Of a stretch of DNA of 64,000 bases, positions 1 to 11,629 are shown one piece after another (the stretch's first letter is position 1; every line of letters begins with the position of its first letter). The notes below the pieces were generated by a model. The model saw only the letters and a list, made by a program, of their open reading frames with translations, was not told where the DNA came from and made no database searches. This stretch comes from Isurus oxyrinchus. Its lineage: Eukaryota. The stretch covers positions 1,116,001-1,180,000 of the forward strand of contig JANJGN010000071.1 of NCBI GenBank assembly GCA_026770705.1. Reading direction: 5' to 3'. The translations under genes and the position numbers were made by a program.

Positions 1-129
1 GTGTCACTCTGACCTATACTTCTGTTCTGACCCTGATCCCATCACTCAAACACCACGGACACACTCTCAGCTGCAGAGTGAGATATCCATCTGTTTCATC
101 GGAGCGGACCCTCGTACTAACTGTACAAG
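1..129 (+). CDS. Gene A (activating-type Siglec-like): 3' part of C2-set Ig exon, truncated by window edge
   Basis: Reads VTLTYTSVLTLIPSLKHHGHTLSCRVRYPSVSSERTLVLTVQ; phase-1 donor CAAG|GTAAGA; first ~105 nt identical to 16001-16105. Confidence 0.85.
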
Positions 130-453
130 GTAAGAATGGACACCCTTCATTCTACATCAGCACTCCCTCAGCGCTGACCCTCTGACAGTGCAGCCCGTTC
201 TCAGTATCCACATTCTCAGACCTCTCAAAGTGCTTCACAGTCGATAGAAGTTAATTGATATTTATTTGATTATTGCTGAATGAAGAGACAAGCTGTCTAA
301 AGTTTTCATCTCACAGACAGTATTCTCCATGGCAACACCTCCACCTATCAGAGACCACTTGCCAACCAATCAGCACTCTCTTCCCATTAAGTATAAATTG
401 TTGTTCACTTTCTGTTGGTTATCGTGCGAACGGGCTTCTTGATTCCTGCCCTG

Positions 454-603
454 AGATCTTAATGTCCCAAAATTCAGAACAAGTTCCAACAATGAGCTGT
501 GGTTGGTGATTCCTCACGTTACATCCAGGGACATGGACACTATCAATGTGTTCAGAGAATGAACATGGAGCAGTGGAGGGGTTCATAACCATCACTGTGG
601 AAC
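454..603 (+). pseudogene. Gene A: 5'-truncated, frameshifted half of an Ig C2 exon (paralog of 20652/21870 exons)
   Basis: Matches the 3' half of 21870-22151 but has two 1-nt deletions (gacatgga vs gacactgga; tgtgttcag vs tgtgtggcag); 5' half and acceptor absent; donor AAC|GTGAGT kept. Confidence 0.8.
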
Positions 604-2278
604 GTGAGTGTACACAGACTTCAACATCTCTCTCAGATTCGAACACTACACAAACGCCCTCAAACATACAGACCTAAATAGACACGTGTAGACACACATA
701 TATGACCACACACAAAGACACACTCACAAACAAACACACTAGCACAAGACTCCCTCATGGGTTACCTGACCTCCCTCAGTACTGCACTGGAGAGTGGGCT
801 GCATTCTGGGATTTGTGTTCCCATTCGTATTTATGGAAGAATATGGAAATTACTCGTACAAACACTCAGATGCATAGAGGCACTCGTAGATACTATCTGC
901 TTCTCCAACTCTCTCTCTCTCCCTTTAAGGAGCTACCTGAAACCTAACCCTTTGACGAAGAACTAGTCCCAACTCCTCCTTATCTGATTCTGTGATTTCT
1001 TTTGTGTATCTGAGAGTAAAAGAGAGGTGAAGAGGTTTAGTACGAGAATTCTTGCTGGTGAAAAGCTTACATCTTGTTCTCATTATTTCCGTGCACATAT
1101 TTCCCAGTATGTCCAATGCCCCTGTTTATAATGATGACTGCCTATGTAAACGTCACGCTGTAGTTACAGCCTCCCACCAGTGGTGGCATTGTAGCACTTA
1201 ATCCTTGTGTTTCCCAGCTTTTCAAGCAACTCCACTTCCCAGTTTGCTACACAAGCTGTGAGTTCATCAGAATTAAATTATTTCTCAAACAGTAGATTTG
1301 ATAACTCATTTTATTGAAAACTTCCTCAGTGCCTCCCTGAAGGGTTTACACTCTCCGGGAAGCAGGAATAGGCTGGATGTTGGGGAGTTCATCTTTTCCC
1401 AGAGAGTAGGGATCCTCAGGAATGTGCTGTCAGTGGGTGTGGTGGTTGCTGATTCTCTGTCACCTTCAAGAGGGATCTGGAGTGGTTACTGACTGGGGGA
1501 GAGATCATGGAAGCGGAGAATGATACAGCACAGGAGGAGGCCATTCAGCCCATTGTGCCTGTGCCAGATCTTTCAATGATCTATCCAATCAGATCCACTA
1601 ACCACCACTCCACCTTGCCCCCATCTTCCTCCTTCAAGTGTTTATCCAATTTCCCTTTCGAAAGTTCCTATTGAATCTGCTTCCACCGCCCTTTCAGGCA
1701 GCACCTTCCAGATCACAACAACTCGCTCTGTCAAAACAAATTCTCCTCATCTCCCCCTCCGGTTCATCAATCTGTTTCCCTCTGGTTACCGACCCTCCTG
1801 CCCCTTAAATACATCAATACTATTCACCTCAACCACTCCCAGTGGGAGCGAGTTCCACATTCTCCCCTCTCTCTGGGTAAAGATTGGAACTGTTTATTAA
1901 GCGGGGGGTGTAAGTCCATGGGGGAGTCCATCTCGATCCTGCCCGATTCGCACACGCGTCCGAGATGGATTTCCACCCTGCACTAAACGTTTCCAGAATT
2001 TTCTACAGCACAATCCTGTACACAGCGATGGAGAGAAACACTGGACAGGGAGTCCAACAGCACAATGATCCATTCTCACCAATGTTCCACGCTAAGGGGA
2101 AAGTTCCGATTGTCCACTCTTAGAGTGTTTCCAATGAAAACATTCATTCCACATTGAATCCCAGTGGATGGGTCAATATTACAGCAAATGTTGCAGTGAT
2201 ATGAAGCTTGATTGTTCAGCCAGAGTGAGAGATTGAAAGCGGAGAGTCAGTGATGATTTCTTTCTGTGTGTTCTCTAG

Positions 2279-2418
2279 ACAGTGGAGGAGAGATTCTGCA
2301 CGTGATCCTGATCCTGGGAATACGAGCTGTGATATTCCTTGTGGCTGTGTTTATCACTATCACTGGAGTCTGTGTCTGGGAGAGACAAACAGTGAAAGGA
2401 AGTCGACAGACTGTTTGA
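2279..2418 (+). CDS. Gene A terminal exon: TM helix with intramembrane Arg and short tail
   Basis: Acceptor tttctgtgtgttctctag|AC (phase 1); SGGEILHVILILGIRAVIFLVAVFITITGVCVWERQTVKGSRQTV*; Arg codon 2323-2325; frame preserved in inverted copy 60676-60815; AATAAA at 3496. Confidence 0.8.
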
Positions 2419-2544
2419 AGCTTTGTACAGCAACAATCTGGTCAGTCAGTGCGGACAAATAACGTGTGATGTTGGGTTAAGTTGTAATGAAACTGATCAG
2501 TGTCCTGGTTAGAATCACCTTCGTATCAGAGAGGCATTCCAGCA

Positions 2545-3135
2545 CAGTGGGAGCCCATTCAGCCCATTGAGTCCATGCTGCCTCTCTGTAGAGCAATCCA
2601 CTCAGTCCCATTCCCCCGCTCTATCCCTGTATCTCTTCAAGTTTATTTCCCCTCAAGTGTCCGTCCAATTTCCTTTTGAAATTGTTCATCGTCTCCGCTT
2701 CCACCATCCTCGTAGGCAGCGAGTTCCAGCTCATTACCACTCGCTGTGTAAAAAAGTTCCTCCTCACATCCCCCCTCTGTCCAAAACCTTCAATCTGTGT
2801 CCCCCAGTCCTTGTCCCATCAGCTAATGGCAACAGCTTCTCTTTGTCTACCTTATCTAAACCCATCATCATCTTGTACACCTCGATCAGATCCCCCCTCA
2901 ATCTCCTTTGCTCCAAGGAGAACAACCCCAGCTTCTCCAACCCAACCTTGTAGCTAAAATCCCTCATCCCTGGACCCATTCTGCTCAATCTCCTCCCTAA
3001 CCTCTCAAGGACCCTCACTTCCTTCCCAAAGTGAGGAGACCAGAACTGGACACAATACTCTAGTTGTGACCTAACCAGAGCTTTATAAATGTTCAGCATA
3101 ACCTCCCTGTGTTTGTACTCAATCCCTCGATTTAT
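2545..3135 (-). mobile_element. CR1-type LINE 3' fragment
   Basis: ORF 2764-3234 contains the CR1 ORF2 C-terminus motifs LEYCVQFWSPH and LFSLEQRRLRGDLIEVYK. Confidence 0.85.
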
Positions 3136-3834
3136 GAAAAGCTTATTCTTTCCATCAGCACAAACAGCAATTTCCAAGCGGACTCCCATCAGCAGACAGA
3201 GTGCAATGAAACATCGGCATGCCTGCTTCTTCATGTACGGAGAGAAACCTGCAACGAGAGATTCTCCTTCTTCTCCTCAGCAAGCTGAAACTTTTCCTTA
3301 TACCTGGTGCTCCCCAGTCCTGCTGTGTGGACACATCATAACCACGGCATTGTCTGGCTGTGTGCAGCCAACATGGTCGAATAGGAATGAACAGAAATGT
3401 GACGTTGCTAAACTCTGTTCTCTGATTGGAATGTGCTTTCTGAATGCTGCACCTTTTTCATGCTGCGATAGATTGTAAGAAGCATTTGGGTTATGAATAA
3501 AATTACATTGATTTACTCAAGTGATTAAAATGCTCAGCCTTTTCTGTAGATATTTATAGATTAAAATTCTTATTTTGCTGCCAAATTTTTGGCTCAAAGA
3601 CATTACTTCATGTTGTCACATTTTCTCTATCATATGAATTCCTGTGCCCATCTTTATAATAGAAATTTCCCATGTAAACATGTCACATTGTAGTTGCACA
3701 CTCCTGCCAGTGGTGGTGACATTCCAAAGCTGTCTTGCTGCACCGACACAGTGAGAAATATTCTCGACGTGTACATGATGTTGTTGTTACACGGACATCA
3801 GGCGGAACCTTGGGCAGTGCCTAGAATGCACTTA

Positions 3835-4945
3835 GGACAGTGCAGACCACGCTCAGAACTGACAGTGCAGCGTTTCCTCAGTGCTGACCCTCCGTCAGTG
3901 CAGCGCTCCCTCATTACTGTCCCTCTGACAGTGCTGCACTACCTCATTATTGACCCTTTTCAAGTGCAGCACCCCGTCAGCACTGACCTTCTGACAGTGC
4001 AGCACTCCCTCATGGATGACAATCTGACAGTGCAGCACTCCCTCAGTCCTCACCCACCCACAGTGCAGCATTCCCTCAGTACTGTTCCTCTGATACTGTA
4101 TCCCTCCCTCACTACTGACCTTCCGACAGTTCGGCACTCCCTCGGTACACACCTTCTCACTGTGCAGCACTCCCACAGTGTTGACAAACTGACAGTGCAG
4201 CATTCCCTCAGTACTGACACTCCGACACTGTATCCCTCCCTCACTACTGACCTTCCGACAATTCAGCACTCCCTCAGTATTGACGCTCCCACAGTGCAGC
4301 ACTCCCTCAATTCTCACCCTCCCACAGTGCAGCCCTACCTCAGTACTCACTCTCCCAAAGTGCTGTGCGAGTTGTTTCAATCAAGACTGATGCCCAAAGA
4401 GGGAGGTTTCATTGCTAAATCATTGAAATCCGTGAAAATTATTTTTAGGCTTACGGGAACAAGACTTAGTTCCTCAAATCCTTTCTTTTGCAATAACACA
4501 CAGTACAAGAATCTCTGTTTAAATAAATTCCAGTTAAACTTTGCCATGAAAGGATATCTCCTCACGCTCCGCTGTACCTCAGTACTAACCCTCCCACAGT
4601 CCGGCACCACCTCAATACTGACCCTCCAACTGTGCGGAACTCACTCAGTACAGACCCTCTGACAGTGCAGCCCTCCCACATTACTGACCCTCTGACAGTG
4701 CAGCACTCCCTCATTACTGACCATCTGACAGTGCAGACCTCCCACATTACTGACCCTCTGACAGTGCAGCCCTCCCACATTATTGACCCTCTGACAGTGC
4801 AGCCCTCCCACATTACTGACCCTCTGACAGTGCAGCACTCCCTCATTACTGACCCTCTGACAGTGCAGCCCTCCCACATTACTGACCCTCTGATAGTGCA
4901 GCCCTCCCACAGTACAGTCCCACTGACAGTGCAGCATTCCCTGCG
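3835..4945. repeat. 33-bp minisatellite arrays (SINE-derived unit ctgacagtgcagcactccctcagtactgaccct)
   Basis: Two tandem blocks (3835-4355, 4560-4945); source of the TVQHSLSTDPL repeat ORFs. Confidence 0.9.
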
Positions 4946-5169
4946 TAATATAACAGGGATCGTTGAAATGAATCATAAGGCCAGAGACCTGCATTGGGAA
5001 CTCTTATCGCCTGAGTTTCAGCCTCCGAAGTGAGGGGCAGGAGTCTAATCCCACGGAGCCAATGGAGAAGCTTCATGACTACAGCTGCCCAAATATGAGC
5101 TGACAGATCATCACATGGTAAACGTTTTGCTGAGAGCCCAAAACATCCTCGATCTTCTCACTGGTTACC

Positions 5170-5310
5170 CACTTCCTCATTTTGTCTCACAGTGACACAT
5201 CCACCCTTTCTAATTAAACACACAGAGGGAGCAGCACAGGAAGAGGTCATTCAGCCCAAGCAGAGCGTGTGGGCAGTTCCTCCCCAGGCGAGCAGTCGGA
5301 CAGGTCCTGG
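5170..5310 (+). promoter_or_regulatory. Putative promoter and non-coding first exon of gene B, with PU.1/Ets-like site
   Basis: CACTTCCTCATT at 5170 (rc AATGAGGAAGTG); strong donor TGG|GTAAGT at 5310/5311; next acceptor ctttcag at 5718 precedes the leader ATG. Confidence 0.4.
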
Positions 5311-5760
5311 GTAAGTAACGGAACGATTGGAATTCACTTCCACCACCAACACCGTCCTTTGTTGATGTTGTGACTTTATAAAGACAGATTCCAATGATTG
5401 ATGCCTTTGAAAGATTTCTACTGGTTATTGAGATCTGGGTGTGAGACTCAAGTCTGTTGTACGGAACATCTTTCTAGCTCAAGGGATGAGGGAAGTGCAG
5501 AGACATGAGCTTTGGGACGTCTTGAGGTGGTGAAAGGTGCTATAGAAATGCAAATCCTTCAATGTTTTTCTTTCTTAAAGCCTTGTAACTCTCTGCAGAG
5601 CACCTATCATCCCACAGAAAATCAAATTAGTCTGTCAAGACATTGTCCAAAAACAGTTCTGATCTCTTGAGAGCTGTCGGACAAGAGGTGAGGTCTCATT
5701 AACTCCTTTCTCTTTCAGAGTTTGCGAGTCAGAAGCTTATGAAATATCTGGGAGTGGACA

Positions 5761-5800
5761 ATGATCGGGAAATCCTACTTCCTCCTGTCACTGCTCCAAG
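5761..5800 (+). CDS. Gene B leader (signal peptide) exon
   Basis: MIGKSYFLLSLLQ with phase-1 donor CAAG|GTAATA; splices in frame to either V exon; same LLQ|G ending as the gene C leader. Confidence 0.75.
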
Positions 5801-6799
5801 GTAATAACATCGTCAGCTTGGACAGGTTTATGGCTAATAGTCTTTGTAAAAGATCATTCTTATGGAGCTGTGATTGGGAACCGAGTCAGCAGTAAGCCAG
5901 TGTACAAACTCACACCAAGTCCCATTCACCCATCACCCCTGTGCTCACTGATATACACTGACTCCCTGTCTGACAGCAGAATTGGAGGAGTGCAGAGATC
6001 ACAGAGGGTTTTAGGGTTGGAGGAGGTTACAGGGATTGGGAGTGTAGAGGGGGGATGGTGGGGTAAGAAATCGATGATGAGAATTTGAAATTTGAGTCAT
6101 TGCTGGACTGGGAGCCAGTGTAGTTCAGCCAGTGACAGGGGAGCGATCGGCTGAATAGAGAATCAGGAATACCAACTGGGGGATGAAGTCTATCCTGATG
6201 CTGGGACTCGGATAACAATGCCCTGAAATTTTGTGTCTTTTGCTGATTTTGTCAGAATTTCCTATGAAGACAGCACAGCAGCTCCTAGAATAGACAGGCT
6301 GTTCAGTGTCACACTTCCTGTCCATTCTCACCATGCTAGATACTTCAATAAGGGAGCAAGATAACTGAAAGAGAGAAGGAAGGTAAAGCTGTCTGTGTGT
6401 AAAACTGTCAAATATTCTGAGTTATCATGATTGTCTCTGATCTGCTGCAGAGTTTAAAGTTCTCAGAACATTAGCACTTTGCAGCTCAGAGAGAGACCAT
6501 TGACTCACTGCCTGAAAGGGCGGTGGAAGCAGATTCAACAGGAACTTTCAGAAGGGGAACTAGATAAATACTTGAAGGGGACATTTTGCAGAGATGTGGT
6601 GGAGAGAGCAGAGGTTAGAGTGGGACTAATTGGACAGATCTTTCAAAGGCCCAGCACAGGCTCGATGGGCCAAATGGCATCCTTCAGTTCCGGATCATTC
6701 TACAATCTGATAAATTAAGCCCCACATCAGTAACTCTTCAGGCTCCTGCTGCAGGGATGGATCTTTGAGAAGGACAGGGAACAAGAGGTTCCTGGTATC

Positions 6800-8975
6800 A
6801 TTTTCATATTTCTTGACAATTACATAAGTGTATAGATCTGTTGAATATTTGAGTCTCTAAAGCGTAGAGGTAATCTGCTGTTATGTCGAGATCTTGTGGT
6901 GGCAAAATTGTCTGGAGGTTTCTTTAATTGCTCACATTGATCTGTGGGATTGTCATTCTTTGATGTTGTCCCTGGTTTCAATTGACATTACACCCTGGAT
7001 GCAATTGAGGAGGCTTTAAACTAATATGGCAGGGGATGGGATCCTGAGAGGAGGTTCAACAGAGAGAGATGCACAGCCAAAATTAGAAGAGAGCAAATGA
7101 ACCTGGAAGGCATAGAAATTATTGGCCATTTAAGGCTCAAGATAGCGTGGCAAAGTTGGACAGTATTAATTTTAATGCATGGAGTCTGACAGACTTGCAT
7201 TCTCCTGCAGGTGTAATGTTGCAGCTCCCTTGAAACTGCCAATATTGTTGAATCTTTCTGCATATTTCAATGTTATGTCATGAACCGAGTTTATGGGATA
7301 GTTTCTGAGACTGGGACAGACATAAATCCATTGGCTTTCAGCCGGACCGGACAATCTTGGAAATGGGTGGGGCCAGAAAATCCCACCCCTATGGGAACAT
7401 TTTCAGTTTACTTGATGTGCCCAGAGAGATCAATAAAGACCACAATCCACAATTTATTGGCAAGCCATGTCAGGATATGTGTGAGAGGTGGAATATCGAT
7501 CACCACTCCTAGACTCGTCGTGTACATCATTGCCATTTCCTGGTTTGTCAGTCACCACATGTATATGTTCCTGATGGGATAGCGGATGGTCATTCTTATT
7601 GCTTGAAGTTTCCCCGTTGTGCAGGGTTTGTTTGGATCAGCGCACGGCTCTTTGTAGCTGCATCAGCCTTTGCTCTAGTGCCCTGCCGCTGTCAATGGCC
7701 CTTTCTGCCACAAGCCTTGCAGGATTGGTGGAAAGCTGGGCATTTCCTTGGTTCCTGCAGAAGGCCACACCTTCCACACGTCTCACTAGGTTTGGATGTT
7801 CTAGTGAGTGTGTCAACAATTGATGTAGTACTGAGGACCTGTAAGCTTCGTTGACCTGCGAGGATCACTTCGTATTTATGTCCATCCTTGAGTAACTCTT
7901 CAATGCTATAGGTTTTGGTCTTATCTAGCAGATCTTTCTGGAAGGCTTCCATGGGAGTGGATGTGATCACCAACTCAACAACTCTGTCTGCAGGCTCTGT
8001 GTTTGAAATCACAGTGCGTACCCTTTTCTCTACATCGGCTGATGAAGTGGTCTATGGATTGTGTAGGCTGATGAAATGACATAAACTCTAGTTGATGAAT
8101 ATGGAGTTTCACCTGATTCTGAACCTGTCTTCCAATATCATCCATATCTATTGGGGACCCTTTCACTCTTCTGCTGTTAATCCTGACGTGTTCAGCCTGT
8201 GTAGACCTTCATTCCCAATCACGAGGTGGATTTTTATGGCTTGCTCGTCTGGTTCAGTCACACCTGAATCAGGAAACCAGAGCTCCGTACGTTGTTTAAA
8301 CATTCTGAATTCAGATAGTCGGTCAGCTACATCCCAGTTCAAACTGGGGAATTTCGTGGACATTCTGACAATATTCCTTTGACCTTCCTTTTCCTACAGG
8401 ACCTGGGATGAGTGTTACTTTAGCCCCTTTCGTGTGCTTTTCCGAAGCTCTGCCCACAGAGACGGGTTGTGGCAGGAACATACCACGGAGTAAAGGAGTC
8501 TTTGTTTTTTATTCAATTTGCTGTTCAGCAATCTCGAAGCCGCCCGTTATAATCACTAACTTCTCTGGGCTGATTTTTATAATGGTTTTTGTGTGTTTGA
8601 CTCTCCCTCGCTCACTATCGATCCAGCCCACACCCTGGTCACTCGCCTTCCCTGACTGAGCTAACCCGCTGCTGGTCCTGGCGATACACACTGTCCCACT
8701 CACTGACCTACAGGCCGTGTGCTGTAATCTCACCACGAGGGATCCGTCTGCTCCCCAGCTCTTTACTTGAGCTCTTTCCCGTCACTGTGTCTTCAAAGGA
8801 TTCCTGAGCAGTCAGTACACTGCGATTTCAACCCTCTCTGATGCTGTGTCTCTGTTGTGGTCTGACCAAAGCGTCGAGGGTCGTCTCATGTCATGTAGCT
8901 CGATCTCAGGCTGTTCACCACGTCATACCTGTACTGAATCTTGCTGCCAGAATGTTTGGCCACCACTGATCACCA
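6800..8975 (-). mobile_element. Degenerate Gypsy LTR retrotransposon internal region (gag with zinc knuckle)
   Basis: Gag-like ORFs 8163-8363 and 7692-8012 (CPAFHQSCKACGRKGH); PBS-like TGGTGATCAGTGG next to the LTR; left boundary approximate. Confidence 0.7.
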
Positions 8976-10461
8976 TGTTGTGTTTTTGTAATGATATAAA
9001 GGCACCAGCCACTGATACGGAATTGGGTAAATACATTGTGGGTTCAGTTATTTAGAATAGGGACATAAGAACAGATATACAAGGATAGAAAGCTGGGAGA
9101 CACCTGCGGCCAAACTGTGTGAGCTGTGTTCTGCTCACAGGCCAAAGTGAGACTTGGACTGGATGGTGTTACCATCCCAGCTGATGTTACTACTGGGCAA
9201 GTCAGATCCCAGGGTGGAACTCAGCTTGATAGGTCCTAACTTTTATTTTTTATTTAGGAATGTGGAGTGCGGCTACTGAACAGAGTCACAGGAGTCATCT
9301 GATGAACTTCTAACAAAAGAATAAAACATTTATTAAACTAGGAAAGACAAACTATATGACATTACTGATTCACCCAGATCTATCCCTTTACAGATTCATA
9401 AGTAGAACACAAGTTACTGTAACTATCTTATACTCTCATGTTCACACTAAGTACACAGTCGATGTAAACCAATAGACGACCTGTGGTCAGGGATGCCACA
9501 TTCTGAAAGCAAGTGGCAGAGCCCACTTGAAACAAATTCTATGTCTCATTTGTCCCCAGACGCTTGTTACACTGTGAGCCAACCAGTCTCACTGAAAAGC
9601 TTCTTTCATATGAGAGTTTCCAATCTCCACTCTCCAAGAACTCACTTTGGAGTCTCCTCCAACATGACACTTTCACTCAGACACCTTCCACAAGGGTCCA
9701 CTTTCACTATTTCAAACTCTCCTTCCCATGTTCCTGCCCCCTGGATCGCCACGTGCATTCAGCCTTCCTTCCACGCCCTGTCTCTCCAATGCTCAGCCGT
9801 GTCAATGGAACACCATGGCTTCACATGGCCGTAGTAATGAGTCACCAACCTGTGGTGTCTCCCAGGATCTTCTGGCTTCTCGCAAGCCTATTTTGCTTTA
9901 GGCCTGTGTCCTGCTGCTTTCTCCCTTTATGCTTGAAGCCTTCTTCTGCTCCTCATTCTTAACTTCACTTAACAGGGCCTTTTCCAGACTTGACTAGAAG
10001 GTTTTCTTGGGCCCTTTCTCCTGTCAAACTCTATAGTTTTGGCTTCTTCTTTACTTTGGGACTGACTATCTGTCCCGCTCCTTTGCTGCTTCTCCTGGCA
10101 ACTCCTTTCAACAGAACAGAAAGTACTTTTCTGTTTTTCTCTCTCTCTGTGAGTCCTACCCTCTGCATCACTGTTGCTAGGCAACAGCACAGTTTCTTAC
10201 ACCTTGTATTTGTTTTGACTTCCCTTCAACAGTCATTAAACCTCAATGGAATGCTGGCTTCTTTTTAACACAAGTTCACCCTTTTCTCAACACCCAAATA
10301 CAGAAATACAAACTAAACTTGAACTTAAAGATAGACCTTTTGCCTAATGCACACAAATACACATAGAACTTACTTAAGCGAACACCAGTTCCTAAAAATC
10401 ACATGACACACTTCCCCTCGAGTGATGTCATGCTGCTGTCCCTGAAAGGCATATTACAACA
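8976..10461 (-). mobile_element. LTR (TGTTGT...ACAACA) interrupted by a nested LTR-like insertion (~9167-10398)
   Basis: Inverted terminal hexamers; inner element starts TGTTAC; another LTR-like piece starts at 10463. Confidence 0.55.
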
Positions 10462-11083
10462 GTGTTATCACTTGGCAGGTGATGTGTGCCAGGCAGACCA
10501 AGTCCTTGAGAGAAACCTGGTCACACTATCATAATGATTTTGCAATTTGTATTTATTATGAGATGTGTGCACTTAATTCAGAAGCAATAACTCCACCAAT
10601 ACCTTTAGAGATTTAAAACAATAAATTAACATATTTGTCATCAAAATAAAAGATTTCAAGCACATACATAACTACAATTACTGCTATCATAACTCCTAAA
10701 ATTCCTAATTAACCTGACTCCCAGTCACACTCCCTTTAAGGCAACAGACCAAAAATAAATGTTGGATTTAAAACAAAATCAGCAAGTTAACCCAATGCCC
10801 CGGACAGTGGAATTCCAAATGCATTGTCCCCAACTTCAGTTCTGTTGGAGAACAGGCTTCTGTACAAACAGGGTCCTGAGGACCATGAACCAATGTAGAA
10901 TGAACTTTTCCGCTTTTGTGTCCAGGATTCTCTTCCATCTGGTGTGATACCTTGTGGAGTTCATTGTGTGTCCTATAGATGGTCCACACTGCAGCCACTG
11001 TGCCCGAGTGATGGAGGAGGTGGATATCGAGTCTAGTGGATCAACAAAACATCCAGATTAAATATTGATATTTCTCTCCCCAG

Positions 11084-11461
11084 TTGGATTGTCACAAGAG
11101 TGGAAAGGTGACACTCCACGAGAGGTGACAGCGCAGGAAGGTTCGTGTGTACAGATTCCATGTCATTACAGTTATCCATCAGATTTGGTAAAGAAACCAC
11201 AGGTCGGAATCTGGAAAATGAGAAGATACATACGGAACAAATGGTCTAAATGGTCTATAGCCTTTCACTCCAAGGGTCACAGTCGCGAGTTATCACAGTT
11301 CCACCATCGGACCCGGCTGTCTGGAGACCTGAAAGATGGCGACTGTTCCCTGATTATAAACAACATCAGATGGGAAGATGCAGGACCTTATTTTTTCACG
11401 ATAAAATTTGGCAATCGTCCGAGCCATAACTATTACCCTGAAACCCAGCTTCACGTTTCTG
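11084..11461 (+). CDS. Gene B V-set exon 1 (Siglec-type; essential Arg replaced by Thr)
   Basis: ccccag| acceptor and G|GTAAGT donor, phase 1/1, open frame; motifs GSCVQIPC and GDLKDGDCSLII; F strand YFFTIK (ACG at 11398). Confidence 0.85.
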
Positions 11462-11629
11462 GTAAGTGCTGTGTTATAATTACTCAACAATTCACATCCA
11501 ACACTCAATGGGAAATAATAGTGTTTGATTTGCTTGTTTTTTGGCCGTGTTAACCAGCGTCACTATTTTTAATGATTTGCCTATTTCTGCTCCCAGATCC
11601 ATGAGCTTATTGTGTCTGATTGAATCCAC

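Noticed and set aside
2250-2462. Cys/His-rich ORF-track peptide (and its copy at 60647-60844)
   Set aside because: Wrong frame; the phase-1 acceptor frame gives a TM helix
3230-3350. Possible relic of the ITIM exon downstream of gene A
   Set aside because: Similarity to 31560-31680 too weak to support by eye
3694-5033. Long ORFs with 11-aa repeats (also 27962-28609, 40341-40718, 58563-59276)
   Set aside because: Translations of the 33-bp SINE-derived minisatellite, open on both strands
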